NCBI GenBank assembly: GCA_951406725.2
Contig: OX597839.1
Coordinates: 31,992,001-32,056,000, forward strand
Length of the DNA stretch: 64,000 bases
Reading direction: 5' to 3'
Origin: Octopus vulgaris
Lineage: Eukaryota
The translations under genes and the position numbers were made by a program. Below, one piece after another: positions 1 through 14,394 of the stretch; within the stretch, counting starts at the first letter, position 1; each line of letters starts with the position of its first letter. Under the pieces are notes generated by a model. That model had not been told where the DNA came from and ran no database searches. It saw only the letters and a program-made list of their open reading frames with translations.

Positions 1-20
1 ACTACTACTACTACTACTAC

Positions 21-73
<53 letters not shown>
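1..73 (+). repeat. (ACT)n/(AAT)n microsatellite, tail of an adjacent SINE
   Basis: Directly visible. Confidence 0.95.
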
Positions 74-937
74 GTCCTTTCTACTATAGGCACAAGGCCT
101 GGAATTTGTGGGGAGGGGGATAGTCAATCACATCAACCCCAGTACTTGAGTGTAGTACTATAAACAAGTGTCTTCTGCTTGTGAGTGGAACTGGTTGAGG
201 GAAACTGTAAGGAAGCTGTGTGTGCGCACGTGTGCAGGACAAAACATTTATTTTTAATGGGTTACATATTTCTTAGGACTGGCTGACAAATGAAAATAAG
301 ACCAGGCTCAGTAATGTTTAACTGCCTTCAGATACAATTCATAAAGACAAGAAGGTTCATTGTTTCACTTGTTAGTGGAGCTGAGATACAAAATGTATTC
401 TTTCTTCCCCATTAGATTGTTAAGATCTTTTTTAATTTAATCAAATTACTGCTGAATTTATTTAATATTCTAATCTCACTATTTTCATCACCCGTGTTCC
501 CGCTGTGCTGTTTATCTCCTAACTCAACAAGCAGATTTAGTAATTTTACTAACAAAATTTCCATAATTCAATTCCTTGTCAATCCGTATCGGTTTTAATG
601 ACTTATGCCCCAAGCAGATAGTGCTATATAAACTTAATAAAAGCTAATATTTTTATCACAGTAATATATTCAATTTTTTTAAAAATTGAATAAATAAATC
701 AAACACACCAATGTTTTACATAGACTTTTACACACAAAAAAAAATACTTATCCATATAAACATGCTTAACACCTTCATAAACAGTCTCTCTAACAAATTT
801 GATGATAGGAACTTTAGTTTCCAAAAACCACATCAGTGATTTTTTCAAGATTTCATCTTTGGTTAATTGAATAACAAACTTATGTTCATATTTTTCTTTT
901 ATCTAGTCAAAGACACATTCTCTTTCATTATTTTAGA

Positions 938-1362
938 GAGGGTTGTGTGGTAAGAGGTTTGCTTCCTAATCATATGGTTCTGGGTTCAGTCTCACAGTAT
1001 GGCACCTTGGCCAAATGCCTTCTATATCTTTGCGCTGACCAAAGCCTTGAGTGGACTTGGTAGATGGAACCTGAAAGAAGCCCCTCATATATATGTGTGT
1101 GTGTGTGTGTGTATGTGTGTGTGTGTGTGTGTGTGAGTGAGTGTGTCTATGAGTCTGTGTTCCTCCCTCACCATTGCCTGACAACCAGTGTTGGTTTGTT
1201 TACATCCCATTAACTTAACGGTTCCACAAAAGAAACCAACAGAATAAGTACCATGCTTTGAAAAAAAACAAGCACTGGGATCGATTCATTCGACTAAAAA
1301 TTCTTCAAGACGGTGCCTCAGCATGGTTGCAGTCTAAAGAATGAAACAGGTAAAAGATAAAA
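938..1362 (+). mobile_element. tRNA-derived SINE, family A (octopus OR/OK-like), with internal (TG)n
   Basis: Head tggtaag...gggttcagtctca resembles A/B boxes; the body and aaacag(g)taaaagataaaa tail match the copy at 29666-30070. Confidence 0.85.
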
Positions 1363-1628
1363 TGATGACCTTCAACAGAAACTCCAAGAATGGGTTGGGG
1401 AAGGAAATCTATGATTCATGAGTTATTGTAAGACAAAGCAACACATCAGGATAAACTCAGACTGGAGGGCCAAGTGGTAAAATCAAACTGGATAATCCAA
1501 ATAATGGGTTAAGTCAGCCACCAGTCCTAAAAAAGTTACAATCCCTTTAATGGGCTTCACACAGTTTCCAACTTAGCAATTTCATGCACAATACTTTGGT
1601 TTGGCCAGAGGCTATGTTAGAAGATATT

Positions 1629-1862
1629 TAAGGCGGTGAGCTGGCAGAAATGTTAGCACGCCGGGCAAAATGCGTAGCCGTATTTCATCTGTCGTTACGT
1701 TCCGAGTTCAAATTCCGCCGAGGTCGACTTTGCCCTTCATCCTTTCGGGGTCAATAAATTAAGTACCAGTTACGCACTGGGGTCGATGTAATCGACTCAA
1801 TCCCTTTGTCTGTCCTTGTTTGTCCCCTCTATGTTTAGCCCCTTGTGGGTAGTAAAGAAATA
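1629..1862 (+). mobile_element. Young tRNA-derived SINE, family B, inserted into an older SINE
   Basis: ggcggtgagctggcagaa...gagttcaaattccgccgaggtcgac; near-identical to 25741-25958; flanked by a 16-bp direct repeat TATGTTAGAAGATATT (1613-1628, 1863-1878). Confidence 0.92.
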
Positions 1863-2763
1863 TATGTTAGAAGATATTCGCCTAAAATACTGTCCACTGG
1901 AATTGAACTTCGGATCCTACACTCGTATACCACTTCTTTCATCTGTTTCAGTTTGTGTTTTGTGCCCCCACAACTTTAAACAGAGAGACACTGGAAATTT
2001 GCTATCTGGCTTGCCTGATCAACCACCATTATCAGGCTACAAAGAACATAGGAAAGCCTTAACCAGTTTGTTGCTACAGAGATTAATAATAAACTAATGC
2101 AAACATACACACAGAAATAATTCTAAGGAAAAACAATCAATAAACCTAAATAAATTACACAAAACAATGCAAGAACAAGGACAATGTCAGATATAAATGG
2201 AAAACAACCATCAAAAAATACAAAATCTCAAACTTAACACACACACACACACACACGTATGCAGGTGCTAACTTCCCATGATGCATCATGTTGTTGTCCA
2301 AAGGGTATCATAAAAACAAATATATTCATAATCTAAAAAAAGTTAAGAATGTTATTGAAGCGCAATGATAATAGATACTCTCTGAATATACAAGAGTCCT
2401 TAAACTGTTCGCTAGGATAAGGATCAAAGAACATGCATCATAATAGGGAATTGCTTTCTGATAAATGTGTCCATCAAGCTTATGTTGTAAACCTTGGGGG
2501 GAAAATTATTAACTCGTATCCATCAGATTGACTTAACAGAACAGTGAACCCCTCAAAGACACTAAAAATTCCTCATTTTACCGATGTGACATACACATGC
2601 AAACATAATCTTGACACTCCCAGAACTTCAACCTGGAAGCTGGGATGATGGAAGAAACTAGCTTTTAAAACACCAGAAATAAATATTGATTCCCTTTCAT
2701 TTGATATTGAACCAATTCTATTATTTTAAGGGGAAGAGTGAGAGATGAGATGATACAGCTGTA

Positions 2764-3510
2764 GCATCATCATCATCATTATTTAACAGGTCTGTTGTCC
2801 ATGTTGGTATGGGTTGGATGATTTGACTGGGGCTGGCAAGATGGAGGCTGCACCAGTCTCCAGTCTGATTTGGCATGGTTTCTATGGCTAGACACCCTTC
2901 CTATCACCAACCACTCCAAGAGTGTAATGGGTGCTTTTACGTGCTACTGGCATGGGTGCCAATTTGTGTGACACCAGTACCTGCCACAACTGCAATTTTG
3001 CTCAGCTTGATGGGTCTTCTTCTCAAGCACAATATAATACCAAAGGTCTCAGTCATTGCCTCCATGAGGCCCAACACTTGAAAGGAGCTCAGCCACTTTG
3101 CCTCCGTGAGGCCCAATGCTCAAAAGGTGCCATTTACGTGCCACCAGCATGGGTGTCAGTTATGTGACACCAACATCAGCCATGACTGCGATTTCACTTG
3201 GCTTGACAGGTCTTCTCAAGCACAGCCTATTGCCAAAGGTCTTGGTCGCTAGTCATTGTCTCTGTGAGGTCCAAAGTTCGAAGATTGTGCATCACCACTT
3301 CATCCCACGTCTTCCTGGGTCTACCTCTACCACAGGTTCCCTCTACAGTTAGAGATTGGCACATCTTTACACAGTTGTCCTCATCCATACACATCACATG
3401 ACCATATTAGTGCAGCCATCTCTCTTGCACACAACATCTGATGCCTTTTATGCCTAACTTTTCTCCCAAGATACTTACATTCTGTTGAACATGTACACTG
3501 ACATAGCAAT
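2764..3510 (-). mobile_element. 3' fragment of an RTE-clade LINE with (GAT)n tail
   Basis: The minus strand encodes RCCVQERWLH*YGHVM...VEGTCGRGRPRKTWDEVV, typical of the RTE ORF C-terminus. It is followed by a 3' UTR shared with many local copies and ending in (gat)n. Confidence 0.85.
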
Positions 3511-3823
3511 AATTCAAAATCGAATCCCTGGATACACGGTCAGACCTCATGAGCAAACTACCACAGTTTCGTATGACTGATCTATTAACAGACCAACCAG
3601 CATCTTTTCTCAAACGTTCTAGAATTTTACTTTACTTCCAGTCTCCTATAAAAACCATTCAGCTCACATTTTTACCAGCCTGTTGACCCAGGGAGACAGC
3701 TAAAACAGATGGTGCATATGAAGGACAGGAACCTCCATCGCCATGAATACAGCTCAATTGTTTGCAGTTATATCGGGCAAACCACATGTCATATCAACAG
3801 CTTGCTGCAAAGTCTAAGCAGTA

Positions 3824-3859
<36 letters not shown>

Positions 3860-5074
3860 CCTCTCTCTCTCTCTCTCAGTATGTAATTATTGCAATTGTT
3901 ATTTGTAGAAGGCCAACACAGTTTGTCATTATGTGTGATAATAAGATCTTCTGTTAAATGCTTAGAGGTGCTGTTCAGTTACTTCTTCAAGCAACCCAAG
4001 AAACACATTTTCATTCATCAACTCAGCCAGTCACCAACACAGTCCAGACCAACGGACCATGACACAGCCTTAGTACATTATCATTGAGATTGTATTTTTG
4101 ACCCCAGAAGGAATAAAATCAAAGTGACCACCAGCATAAGTTGAACTGAGAGACTAAAAGGGATAAAATTAAATATTATCAAGTATTTCAGCCTTCTACC
4201 ATCTGCTTTATTGACAAGAACCTATTGATATAAAATTACATATACACAATCAGGCAGGTTTGATAAAGGACGAGGGACAGAACTTATTTGGGAAAGAAAG
4301 AGGAATGTAATTTACAATTATTGTGAACACTGGGAAATTACATTTGTTTAGATAAATAGGAATCAACTGTATTTGTTAGTGGTGTGCAAAGCACCTAAAC
4401 TTTACACTCAAATCAATTAGATTGTATAAAATCTCAAATAGTTCAACAAGAGAGTGCACTTCAAACCTGTTTATGTAAACAAATTAAGAATTCTGGCTAG
4501 TAAGAAGCATAGTAAATCTAATAGCAAAACTGAATTGGGCGAACAATACAAAAACTTTTTAAAAAATCATACAGACTAATTGAAACTGAAGAGCAGCTTA
4601 ATAAACAACGATATACATAAAATGTGTATTAAAAAAGGGTAATTAAATTTGAAATATTAAATTCAGAATTGAATTTATAAAGCATCAAGATTTAGGAAGT
4701 GAAAAAAAGGAAAACCTATAGACTTGAAGCAAAAATTATAAACACAATAACTAAATTTAACTTATAGCAACAATTTAATTTTTAATTATGAAACTAAAAA
4801 TAAATGTAATTCACTTCCTTGACAATATTCAATATACAAAAGATGTTGGAACCAGGCTAGAACCATTAATATATAAGAACCTTTCAGCTTTGAGTCAAAT
4901 GTTCAACCAAGACATCACGAGGTTATATGCAGCTAATTGTACAAACAACTAAAATAATAACCTTTATTTTAATAGGAGAAGAAAACTAGTTGTTTTTTTT
5001 TTTTTTTTGTAGTCTTAGCAACACAACTTTCAACATTATTTTACAGAAATATAACTTATTCTTTTCTTACTAAA

Positions 5075-5770
5075 GCATCATCATCATCATTTAACATCTG
5101 TTTTCCAATCTAGTATGGGTTGAACAGTGTAACAAGAGCTGGCCAGCTGAGGAGGTGCCCAGGTTCCATTTGTCTGTTTTGGCCATGGTTTTTACAGCTG
5201 GATGCCCTTCCTAACACTAACCACTTTACAGAGGGTACTGGGTGCTTGTTACACTGTACCAGCATGAGAGCTTTTAATGTGGCACTAGTACAAGTGCTTT
5301 GAATATGGCACCAGCATAAATGCATTTAATGTAGTATCAGCAGAAGTGCTTTCAACATGGCACTGGCACAAGTGTCTTCCATGTGACACCAGCACAGGTG
5401 CTTATCTACATCATGGCACCGGACTGGTGCTTTTGTCCATAACACCTGTGCGGGTACTTTCCTATGTGACACTGGCATGGGTGCTTTTCTACATGACACC
5501 GAAAGAGGTACCTTTTACGTGGCACCAGCACCTGTGAGCATGCAAGACAAAGACCTTTCAGTAGAAAGAGAGTGAGTTGGGGTTATGGCCTAAAGGACAC
5601 ACCTGTATGCATAGACAGTCATGAATCTACTTAACTTGGCATGTCCTCTCAAGCACAACAAATCATCAGAGGTTACCGTCCCTTGTCATTTTCACAGGAG
5701 GCCCAACAACTGAAAATCTTTTTCTCACCACTTCATCACACATATTCCTATGGCTACCCCTTCCACAGGT
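5075..5770 (-). mobile_element. RTE-type 3' UTR element with an internal ~27-bp tandem array (5230-5535)
   Basis: (CAT)n start and ggatgcccttcctaacac motif; about 10 degenerate units of gtgcttttacgtggcaccagcaca. Confidence 0.75.
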
Positions 5771-7899
5771 TAGATATTTATGCTAAATATCCAGCATATT
5801 TATGTTAAAAGACATATTTACTTGAAAATATAAAAGAAATAGTTAACAGCTCTGTCTTTGATTATGCTTACTACTAAATAACTACAAAGTTAGATTTAGT
5901 ATCTTTTTACCCCTTACTATGAACATCATTTAAACCTGCTTGTTCTATGCTGGCATGGATTGGATTGTTTGAAAGGATCTGAAGAACCCAAGGACTGTAT
6001 CACGCTTCAGTGTCTGCTTTGGCATGGTTTCTATGGTTGGATGCCTTTCTGAACACCAACCATTTTACTGTGTATATTGAACGCATTTTGTCACGGCACC
6101 AGCACTAAAGAGGTTGTCATACAGTTTGTAAGACTACAATACCCAAAGGGGCAAATTCATGCTAGGAGGGGCACAAAATGGGTGAAAGTATGAGAGAAGG
6201 GCCCAGCACAAAGTAGGTTTCTTGTAGTCGAGGAGCTACATGACTACTCACATTTTAGAAGAAAAGGTAGGACTAATTGAGGGGAACTGGAGAGTAATTG
6301 GAGTGGAGAGTAGGAGATGACAGACAGAAGGCTAGTAATAATGAAACAGTAGACAGGAGAGGGATGAAAGTGGGGTGATGTTGAGTAAGTTACAGGAGTA
6401 GGTGAGGAAGAGAGAGGCAGGTATAGTGCATGAGGAGGGTGGGAGACATATGGTGGTAGGGAAGGAAAGAAAAATAGTGTACCACTAAGGCTGCCTTAAA
6501 CTATTATAGTCATGATTGATATGGAAAAAATGCCAAGGTCGAAAATAAATGCTTCTAAAATCAATTGATTTCCATGGAATACATTTTTGCTAATAAAAAA
6601 ATTTAACATTTTAACTCTTAAAAGAAAGTGGATAGGACTTTCTAGTTAAGGACTTCTATGGGATATTATTAGTAAAAGAAAACTTCAGCAGGAGAAAGTG
6701 AAAATAGTATCAACAGAAAGTATTTTCAGTGATTCCTTTGTATATTTCATTATTGCTTTTAATATGCATTTTACGTTATGCCTTAATAACATAGTTTAAA
6801 CTTTTAGCCTGAAAGTCTTGCCATTCAGTTATGAAAGCCGTTTCAATGAGAGGCAAAGAACCATAAAACAATTCAGTTGTTCAATTTTAAAACATTCAGT
6901 CCTTCTTCCATTACAAGTAGCCACCTAATAATAACATAGCATTTCCAATTCTTGTTTGAGGCATTACATCCACAAAATGGGATTCATGCAGATAAAATTT
7001 ACATCTACAATGCGAAATAAGTGGTTGTTGCAGACTCCTGCTAAAACTGAACCAATTCCAATAAAATGCTAAATCCTGAAAGTGTAACTTCAGTGAATGT
7101 ATTCATATTTCTATTTCATATTATTGGAACTTCGTCTCCAAACATGGCAACAGTTCAACTTGTTTTAAGTAGAAACTTGCCACAGGCAAGAGATGAGAAT
7201 ATGTCAACAAAAGTCTTATTAATTTTTGGTATTGATATTTCTTATTTTCTTTTTGCATGCCACATCGCAGAAACTGAACTTATTCCTCATCAAAATAAAA
7301 GTATAACATGTGAGCTGGGGTTATGGAAGGTCTAACAAGACGAGCTGCATACATAAGAAAGTAAATACAATTGAAAAACTAAGGCTAGAGCACCATCTCC
7401 TTTTTACTTGAGTAAAGAGATTACTTCGGTTCAAAAAAGAAAAACTTTTATAAAATTAAACGTTGTACATGTATCAAATTAGATACTATTCTATTTCTTA
7501 AAAGAGAAAAAAAAAATTTTTTTTTTGAAGATAAAGTTTCATTTCTCTAGATATTTTGTTACTTGGAGTTGATCAGAAATGAATAAGATAGGATTCTATC
7601 CAATTACTACATAACAAGCCCCTAAATAGCTATGCCCTACATCCAGTCAGTAATTCATCCGAGTTCAAAGCTTCATTTATTTCAGTTGACCCCACAGCTT
7701 ATTTTAAAAACTCGGTGAAGCACAAAACTAAATTCAGTAGGGTTTTAACCACTGAACACTTAGCAATGGACTTGTTTCCAGCTGGCATCAGTTGCAGTAT
7801 GTAACACTAACTTCTTTACCAACTCAACAACTTTTAGTGACAGTAATTTTTTAAAGTAATTTCAGTCAGAGTAGTTTTTGAATATCTAATGCTAAATAT

Positions 7900-8355
7900 T
7901 GGTTTCAGATTTTGTCACAAGGCCAGCATTTTGGGGTAGGTTGCTAATCAATTACATCAACCTCAGTGCTCAACAAGTACTTATTTTATCAACCCCAAAA
8001 GGATGAAAGGCAAGGTTGACCTCGGCGTAAGTTGAACTCAGAACACAAAGATAGTTGAAATGCCACTAAGCATTTTGCTCAGCATGCTAACAATTCTGCC
8101 AGCCTCTCACTGCCTTTCTAATAGCAAATATAGAGATTACAAATTTTGGCACAAGGCCAGAAATGCTGAGGGAGGAGGGAGGCAAATTGATTGCATCAAC
8201 CTCAGTGCTCAACTGGTACTTATTTTATGAACCCTGAAAGGATAACAGGCAAAGTCAACCTGGGTGGGATTTGAATTCAGAACATAAAGATGGGGAAAAT
8301 GTTGCTAAACATTTTGCCTGGTGTGCTAATAATCCTGCCAGCTCACTGCCTTTCT
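7900..8355 (-). mobile_element. Two tandem family B SINE copies
   Basis: Repeated aaattttggcacaaggccagc...gaaaggcaaagtcaacct...tgccagctcactgcctt. Confidence 0.85.
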
Positions 8356-10058
8356 AATACCAAATATTAAGAATTAGAATTGTGAATTATCATTAGCTAA
8401 GTTATATAACTGTTTTCTGTATTTAATTCTACTCAAAACAGAGTTTATTCCCTTGCATAATTGGCCTGTTTTTGTGAGACAACAATGGAACTTTACTGTA
8501 AAATACCTACTTCAACAATTAAAACAGAATTTTCAAATTTACAAAACCATCCAACCATTGCTACTAGCATGGGAAATTATTACTAAGTGTTTTACAGTGA
8601 TTCAGACCTTGTGGCAAATATTATACTTTAAGTTCTAGAAAAAAAACCAAAATCACAAAGTTCCACTCCCCCACCCGAAACCATCTGACTTATACTAATG
8701 CAAGAGAATCACAACATACTAGTTCTCGTTTTCCTAAAATATAAACCCTTCAGTAAGAAAGAAACCAATATTTCAATCACTCATATTGAGATTAATAGTT
8801 CCATAAAAATTCTGAGATTAATTCAACAAAAAACTATTGCACTACTTCCTTCACTCCTACTAAAACACTAAAAAGTCGTCATTGAATGGTAATCTACAAC
8901 AACAATAACAACAACATGGCAATAATGTCTTGTTAGAACGGTTTTACTTTCCACTCTATATGAAGATGCTTTTCGATCAGGACTTATCTTTCTCATACAA
9001 AAGATGGGAAAACTGTTACTAGATCAACTGTTGATGACAAGAATATATAAAAGCATGGCTGTGTGGTTAAGAAGCTTGCTTTGCAACCACATGGTATCAT
9101 GTTGAATCTCAGTGCATGGTACACTGGGCGAGTGCCTTTTACTATAGTCTTGAGCCAACTAAGGCCTTATAAATGAATTTTCTAGATAGAGACTATGCAG
9201 AAGCCCATCATATATATATATATGTAGCGAAGACTGTTCCTACATTTGCGGTACCTGCCGGAGGGAGTGTCTGTCCAGGATAGGACTACACAGCCACAGC
9301 AGGAAATGTATCAGGACATAAAATGTAAAAGCCGGACTGGACTATTTTATGTGCAACTCCATTGTCTCCCGAGACAAAAAGGATGCCAACAACGTATATA
9401 TATATACATGAGGATATTATCGTTTATAATAATATCATGCATAAAACTCCATAATGGTAAACAATAATTCATTTTTAATATACATGTATATATATTAAAG
9501 TTTAATGGAAAGACAAATTGCTTGGCATCACTTGAAAAGACGTTTAATTTAGATAGGGAATATAAATTTACTTTAATCTTTTTCTACCTGCTCAAGGAAA
9601 AAAACACCTATAGCAATTTCTGATAGGCAGTCAGTACATCATACATTCTGTTGCAGTTCAAACTGGAGTTTGAAACAGAGTGCTCATAGTACATACTTAT
9701 TACTTTAAGTCAGTTGACTCCTTACATATTGTGTGTGTGTGTGTGTGTATGTATCATGAACTTTCCTATCATTGACGATGTATGAGGGTTCAGCAATTTC
9801 TTGCCAAACAACCACACAGCAGATGATCTGTTTATAGTGATCAAATGTTTGTGTACACATAAGCTCACTCTCTCCATCAAATCGACATTACCTGTACAGG
9901 TGCAAAAGGGTGCCACATGTCAGATGATAAAATGATCGCAGAGTAGTACGAGATGAAGTGCTTTGCTCAAGAGCACAACATAATGCCCAGTCTGGGAATC
10001 AAAACCACAATCTCACAATCGTGAGTGCAACATCCTAACCACCAAGTCATGCGGCTTC

Positions 10059-10111
<53 letters not shown>

Positions 10112-13100
10112 CACTGCCACCTGACTGGCCCCCCTGCCAGAAGCACATAAAAAGCACTCACTACACTCTCGGAGTAGTTGGTGTTAGGAAGGGCATCCAG
10201 CTGTAAAAATCCTTGCCAGATCAGATTGAAGCCTGGTGCAGCCTCCTGGTTTGCCAGTCCTCAGTCAAACCGTCTAACCCATGCCAGCATGGAAAGCAGA
10301 CGTTAAACAATGACGACAAGATGATGATAATGATGTGTGTGTGTATATATATGCATGTATATGAAACCTAATTTTATAATAAATATTAAATATTAGATAC
10401 ATAGGAGTTTTGAAAAACAAGGAACTGTGAAAAATTCTGAAAGAAGAATATCAATAAAATGATTTACAATAATTTTGTGTAACAGTTTAACAAGTTAAAA
10501 AGAATTTGTGAAACATTTATGTTTTTTTGGTTTTTTTTAAACCAAGGGAAACAAACAGGCAATAAAAAGTACAGCAGTTCTGGCATGCAACTCTGAGAGA
10601 TCCCTGACAGAACTTATAAGCAAACTAAGTATTTTTGTTTTTGTTTCTGCTTATGTAATAACTAGAGTTGTCATGCACAAAAGATAGTTTGCATAACATC
10701 TACTTCTATGATAGACATTAAAGGTTATAGGACAACACTCCAATTGAATAAATCACAAAGAGAATCAGCCATAGAATATATGGAAGCAGAAGATACAGAA
10801 ATTTGTTTGCTTTAAATAAGAAACCACTTGTGGTTTTTATAGGTCTTCAAAGTCTGCAGAATACATTAAGGAAAAGAATTGTTTGGCAGAGCGTTATCAA
10901 AGGTTTTTCATTGATAACCTTAAACAAAGAAGAAATGTGATCCTGAAGGCTTCAGGTAAAATCCAATTGAAGTTATAAACACAGAGATGCCATAATCTTC
11001 AGGTTCCATCAGACAAATAGGTTGAGATAACATGGTGAAGATTTTGTATTTCCTCTTTAATTTGAATTATTGTAAGTAAGTAAGTAACTAGATGGTGGGT
11101 GGGGAGATGTACAAGAAGGGATTTCTAGAGGGATGATGCGGTTCTGAGAAAAGCGTTTAGAGAAAGTAAGGGTGATAAAAGTAAATGATATGAGTGAGTT
11201 AAATAGATCTGGAGAAGTAATAAAAGAGCAGATGCTGTTGTTACATTAACCGAAGAACTTGAAAGATGGTGGGGGTGCGTGGGGGAAGAGATCTTTGAAT
11301 AGATTTCTGAGATATTATCAGTCAACAGCAGCAGTAAGTAATGCAAGATATGTAAAGACTTTATTCACAAAACATCCCAATTAACATTATGTTAAGATGC
11401 AAGCTGGCAGAATCATTAGCACAGCAGGCAAAATGCTTAGCAGAATTTCGTCCATCTTTACATTCTGAGTTCAAATTCTGCTGAGGTCAACTATGCCTTT
11501 TATTCTTTTAGGGTTGATAAAATAAGTATCAGTTGAGCACTTGGGTCCATGTAATTGATTTATCCCACCCCCTGAATGTGCTGGCCTTATACCAAAATTT
11601 GAAACTAACATCATGCACCACAGGAATGTGTATTGCATAGTCCTACATCAGCCCTGGTTCACCTGATCGTTTTATGTATATCTAGAATTAATTACATTGT
11701 CTAATATGTCCTTCCTTTTCATACCAGTAGGGTGTGACTTGAGGAATATTTGGCTGCTGTTTCTTGCAAGTCAAGCAACACTGTAGAGGTTCCTTTATTG
11801 GCTTTACTGTTACTCTTACTGTTTAACCAGAAGACAGACCTGACCAAGCAGACCTTAATCAAAGGCTTTCCATCCATAACCACCCCATACTATTTTCAGC
11901 CTTAACACCTCTAGAACCATATTATCTAATATGTCTTTCCTTTTCGAAGAGAGAAGATGGCAAGGTATGATTTGAAGGTGATTCACCTGCTATTTCTAGT
12001 AGGTGAAACTACTCTCTCATTAGCTAACGCACTAGTATGTACCCCTGGGTAAAAAAAAGAGAGAGCTAACATCTGTTATTAATATAGATAATACTCTGGT
12101 TCGTTACCTATACAGTTAACTCCACCTAAAAATCTTAAGTTAGAAAAACTTCACAGAAACTAATGTGAACAACAGATGGGTAGATGTAGATGTGTATACA
12201 TGGATGTGTCTGTAACCACAACTAATGTGTGTGTATATATGTGTGTACAATGACAGACTTAAAAACCTGTTGATTTCTAGAATCAAACAGAAACAGCATC
12301 AGTCTATTTTAATTTATTATTCACAAAGGAAATGATGGATGGAACGGGGAGGGGAGCTTTGATGCTGTTTTTTTTAATAATTTTGCATATATTTTCCAGT
12401 GGATTGGGGTGGTTCAACAAATTTCAGACAACACAAAATTTGGTGGGTTACCAGTACTTTACATTAATCATTCATCCATTAAGTGGCAGCTTTAATAATT
12501 TATCAGTTGAGATAAACAAGACAACCATTGTAATGTGTCTTGTTTAAAGATGTAATTCAATGCCCTTGGCAAAAATTGAACCACTGACCTTCAGGTCAGT
12601 AGTAAACAACACCTCAGCTATTCAGTTGCGTACCATGTCGCCAGTGAAAACTAAATTTTATTCACCAAAATCTCAAGTTAAAAACAGTCAATGAGCACAG
12701 TAACCAATATTATCTCAAGTATTTGAACTGTGTGCATAAATATTGCAACAAATGTTGAAGCAACATCGGTTTTTGCCTCATTCTTAATTTACTGATGTTT
12801 TATTGCTTTACCATAAAATAGGAGCTATCGATTATTAAGTATCATTTCAAAAGACATAACAGGTTCATATCATGGAAAATTCAAATTTCTTCACTGTTGC
12901 AGAAAGACTTCTGGCTACTAAAGAAGTGAAGTTGGCCAGGAAATTGCAGCTTGTAATTCTCCAAAAAATCGATCTTTCTAGTTGGTTTACATTAGGAGTT
13001 TACTCAGTGGATCACTTATCTGGGAAGAACTCTAAACATGATGACCTTTGGAATATTGACGACATGTCTACACATTTATCATATTCCAAATGCTTTTTAT

Positions 13101-14361
13101 AAACATTTAGGCTCTTTAGGAAACTTTTTGTATTAAATCTGAATGTGCTGGAATATCTTTTAATACTTTTTAAAAAAATCATAATTGCTTAAAAGTGTTA
13201 TCAGTAATTTAGAATTATAGCTAAAATGAAAATAATAACCTATCTACCAATATATATATATACATATATATATATATAATATATATAATGTTGACTAATG
13301 TGCCTATTTAAATAAGTGAAATAAATAAAGCTCTACATTTCTAAAAGATATTTGTTTTTACTAATCACCATTTTTTTGAGAAGAATTATCTTTAAAATAT
13401 AGTAAAAAATTTATGATGCATGAGATAGAGAACTTAGGCCAAGTACCTGAGATTAAATGTGCACAATCTGTTATCCAAGCCATGTTTAGTGGAGAAGAAA
13501 TAACCGAATCAGTGAAAGCGATACAATAACTATTGTTAGATCCTGTCAAATAAGACATGAAAAATAACATCATATGTTACCATGGCTAAAAGATAAATTT
13601 TATAATCTTTATCAATATTTGTATTTTATTATACATTTGTATATTACTATACTTCAAGATAATCTGTGTAAAGCAGTGAAACTATGTTCATTGCTTTTAC
13701 TTTTACTTACATAAACATTTTTGAAGGGCTAAACTTTCTTTAAATTTCATTTGTGTCAAGTTAGGCTCAAAAAAGAATATCTAGCAAACCTATCAGGAAA
13801 AGGTTAAGTCAAATAAAATAGATTTAATATTAAATTACAAGAGTTATTATGATTTCTTATTATTAGTGGATAGGAAATAAAAGGAAGACGAAAAAAACTG
13901 CATTGTCTCAAAATACAATGATTTTTTTTTTCTCCTACTTAACAGGGATCCTCTTCCATCAAATCCGATCCACAGATGAACATAGTTTGTTGTGCACATA
14001 TATTCAAAAGTATGAGCAAGAGAGTTAAAAATCGTTATCAAAATCATTATTATGCATCCAGTTTTCCATTCAGAAAAGGTTCAAGTTTGCTCAAAACATT
14101 ATTTATATTTATCTCGTGTAAAACTTAACTTTTATGTTCTTGATCTAATTACAATGTCCGAAGTTTGGTGCAATTATCGGTATACATTACTTTTCATTCG
14201 GCATGCATCATCCCTACATGTCTGTGAATACATGTCAATATTAAGGGCTGGAATATCTCTTACATTCACTAATCAATGTCTCTTACACCTAATCATTTCC
14301 CTAAATCGCTCTCACTCATTCCGACTCTCCACCCCCATCCCACCACCACTATTATGTGAGT

Positions 14362-14394
<33 letters not shown>

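Larger units (their letters stand above)
262..4950 (-). pseudogene. FANCC: Decayed FANCC-like gene relic, N- to C-terminus, interrupted by SINE/LINE insertions
   Basis: Colinear minus-strand peptides versus recalled human FANCC: ~4930 YNLVMSWLNI*LKA (YQFWMQKLSVWDQA); ~4720 FKSIG and LIHILCISLFIK (FPTIG, LIWCLCCLINK); ~4480 LFT*TGL (LFTQGL); ~2650-2510 FFHHPSFQVEVL and GIFSVFEGFTVLLSQSDGYELII ([36 protein letters not shown]); ~840 SLMWFL (ALLWLL); ~380-262 ungapped APLTSETMNLLVFMNCI*RQLNITEP...VLRNM* ([26 protein letters not shown]...LLKEL). Many stops and frameshifts. Confidence 0.7.
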
